A DNA stretch of 50,976 bases, counting the filler, from Jimgerdemannia flammicorona (lineage: Eukaryota): NCBI GenBank assembly GCA_003990765.1. It is 2 parts of 2 records of this genome, joined end to end, with 100 filler letters (N's around TTAATTAATTAA, not from the genome) between each part and the next. Parts side by side here need not be neighbours in the genome. Positions count along the whole stretch, not along the records: positions 25,548 to 50,976 come from RBNJ01000833.1; 1 more part is not named here. One strand, written 5' to 3'. Position 1 is the stretch's first letter. Each line of letters starts with the position of its first letter. The position numbers were made by a program, and so were the translations under genes. Below are positions 48,553 through 50,976 of this stretch, piece by piece. The notes beneath the pieces are model-generated. The model ran no database searches and was not told the origin of the DNA. It saw only the letters and a list, made by a program, of their open reading frames with translations.

Positions 48553-49720
48553 GAACTCAATGTTCTGCAGATTTTTATTGGAAGGGAACCTAGACTATAT
48601 AGGCCAAAACCCTCTCCCACCACCCATCAGACACTACTCCCCCATTAATCTAGGCTAGCTATTGTCCAGCAGCTCAACTATACCAGGTGCAGCAGGGCCT
48701 ATGGTGGCCCACACCTCATTCTGTATACCATGCTCTCCCTACTATCAGAGAAAACCCAGCCATATACCAATGACTGAAAGTGCATGCCCGAGAACCCAAC
48801 ATATATATAAGACCATGTCCGAGCTAAATAGAATAGCCCCTGCCACCCCAAAGAGAATGATAGGCAAAGAAAAACTCTCATCAAAGTACAATACAGTGAG
48901 TAGGGCCTAGTTCTCTCAGTTGAGATAAGTAAAGGACTTACACATGAGGTGGGAGGAGACCCCCAATACCCCACTACTCAAGCCTGTGGGCCTTGATCAC
49001 ATTGCTATATCAGCTCTCAGTTCTAGTTGAGTGCAGTCAAGATGTCTGAAATAGGTAGCCTCAGGCCCCCCAACCCCCCCTGATGACCCGGGCCCAATCT
49101 GCTGAATTACCAAAAGAAGCCAAGAGTGACACCTACTATCTAACTGTACTGCACCAATCAAAAGGCCCCACCAAAGCAGCACTCACCCCAGCCCTGATGA
49201 CTGCCCCCAGCCTGGCACTCTACTGGTTCACTGTTATCACCCTTTCTCCTATCTGTGATGGCCATCTCTCCTCCCATTCTGATAACACCTAAAAAGCAGT
49301 CACCTACATCAGAACGATGCTTGCCAGGAAGCTTACCAAAGCCAGAGGGCCCAACCATAGGTACTGAGGACCTGTAGGTAACCTATACTGAGCACTTGAT
49401 GCCCAAGATTAGCCAACTCCCTACATAGCCTGAGACATACTGAGACAGTACCTTATTGGTGACAGCAAAAGAAAGAAGATACTACACTAAAATGGATGTA
49501 CTCCAGATGCAGCCAAAGGTACCAGAAACTATGAAAAAGTAGAGAAGACACTGATCTGACATCAATAAAGGGGCAACTCATCACCATTGCCTCCCTCCCA
49601 CTGCCCTACAACAGGTACAGCAAATCAACCCAAGGTAGAGAAGATAATAATTGTGGAAAGTGGACTCAGAAGATTGTCTACCAAACTATTATGACTGGTA
49701 AGGTAGCAGAGAAAGAGGTG
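48483..49720 (-). mobile_element. 5'-truncated retroposed element (probably another LINE family) with long poly(A) tail
   Basis: Poly-T 48483-48549 and a minus-strand AATAAA nearby. Flanked by the duplication AAAAATACTATATATATATA (~48455-48475 and 49721-49740). G-rich minus strand like the other LINEs. Coding motifs not convincingly recovered. Confidence 0.65.
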
Positions 49721-50960
49721 AAAAATACTATATATATATAAAGAAGATATTAGTATTTTTTATTATTAGACATATTGATAAATTACATATATTTAAAAAT
49801 TTATGGATTTGTCTTTATATCTAACAACCTTTCCATCAATATTCTTTTGATTCTCAAAATCACATTTTTTATAAATATATATACAAATATGGTCTGGAGT
49901 ATCTTTCATCAAAAAGATAAGATTAAACTTAAGATTGTATTCTTGATAAAAAATAGTATAGACTTATAATTATAAAATATATAATAATAATAATAATAAG
50001 TTTGATATATATATATTAATATATATTAGAAATAATTACTTACTGATTATAGTTTTTTACTATAACTGTACTAATATCATAAACCTCTTGCTTTTGTAAA
50101 AGAGAGATATAATCTACTATAGAGAGTTCTTTATAATCATTATCATCAAGATCACCTTGAGCAATATTAATAAGGGCTAGAAATTTTTCAATTTAAATTA
50201 TTTTAGAATTATTAATGGTTTCTTCTTTAGCTAAAATATTAAATATATCTGTATGATCTTTGACCTTATCTTGTTGAATCTATATATTAACATCTATATT
50301 AATTATAGTATTTATCTTTATTTATTATAAGATAAAATTAAAATTATACTGATAAGAGTAATATATATATATATTGTATATTTATTTAATCCTCACTTAA
50401 TTGTACTTACTTATTATGACTGTTATATCCTTCTAATTTATTTATTATCTTTTTGACACTCTATATAATTCTTTGTCTATCTATATCAACATCTGAACAT
50501 ATTACAATAAATTGATCTATATCACTTTAATGACTAATATATTTTTTATATAGGTGTTATAATTTAAGCATAATATAAAAAATTTAAGAAATTAGTACAA
50601 TTCAATATTTTGTCTACTAAAATATGTGATTTACTAATAATTTCTACTGATTTCTGCTTATTTTAAATAAATTGATCCTTACAAACTATATTCTTAAAAA
50701 TATACCAATTAGCTATATTGTAGTATAGATCTGTAAGTTACTTAATTAATCTATCTTCTTATTGATGAACATCCTCTACAATATTCTTCACTTAAGAAAT
50801 AATAGTAAGAGTAGATATACTTGAGGTGATCTATATTATTATTGATGATGGCTCAGCTATTTTGATAGATTTAAGTATATCTGCTCATAAAGAAGTATTT
50901 CTGAAAGATCTCCAGACCTTATGGTGACAATTGTTATATATGTAATCCTCAAAAGACTTC

Positions 50961-50976
50961 TTTTTTTTTTTTTTTT
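50961..50976 (-). repeat. Poly-T at the window edge, likely the poly(A) tail of another minus-strand LINE
   Basis: By analogy with the tails at 27881, 34331 and 48483. The element itself would lie outside the window. Confidence 0.4.

Noticed and set aside
49750..50960. Possible decayed DNA-transposon (MULE-like) coding sequence on the minus strand
   Set aside because: Only faint hints in TA-saturated sequence; no catalytic motif or TIR can be supported.

Overview
Eukaryotic DNA, most likely fungal (an early-diverging Mucoromycota-like lineage is inferred from gene and TE families, not proven). It is almost entirely a nest of transposable elements decayed by C>T/G>A transitions. It holds a Ty1/copia remnant with a gypsy solo LTR inside it, two Ty3/gypsy remnants, and a structurally complete Ngaro-type tyrosine-recombinase retrotransposon (A1-ORFs-B1-A2-B2). 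There are also seven Tx1/L1-like LINE copies or fragments, a PIF/Harbinger transposase remnant, a Tc1 element with long TIRs and a fold-back MITE. One short CpG-retaining island (~16.6-18.7 kb) carries an intact six-exon gene for a 287-aa Uma2-like PD-(D/E)XK nuclease and a convergent ankyrin fragment. Positions 25448-25547 are an artificial contig linker, so the two halves may not be adjacent in the genome. The most novel-looking signals are: (1) a ~295-codon accessory ORF hidden inside a gypsy LTR that two LINE insertions have split, with a likely relative behind the integrase of a second gypsy family; (2) an SAP domain on the Ngaro Gag, plus a TTGAT core shared by all its junctions; (3) Tc1 TIRs whose internal binding sites are inverted rather than direct; (4) RIP-like repeat hypermutation. 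All calls come from manual translation and alignment by eye; no database searches were run.
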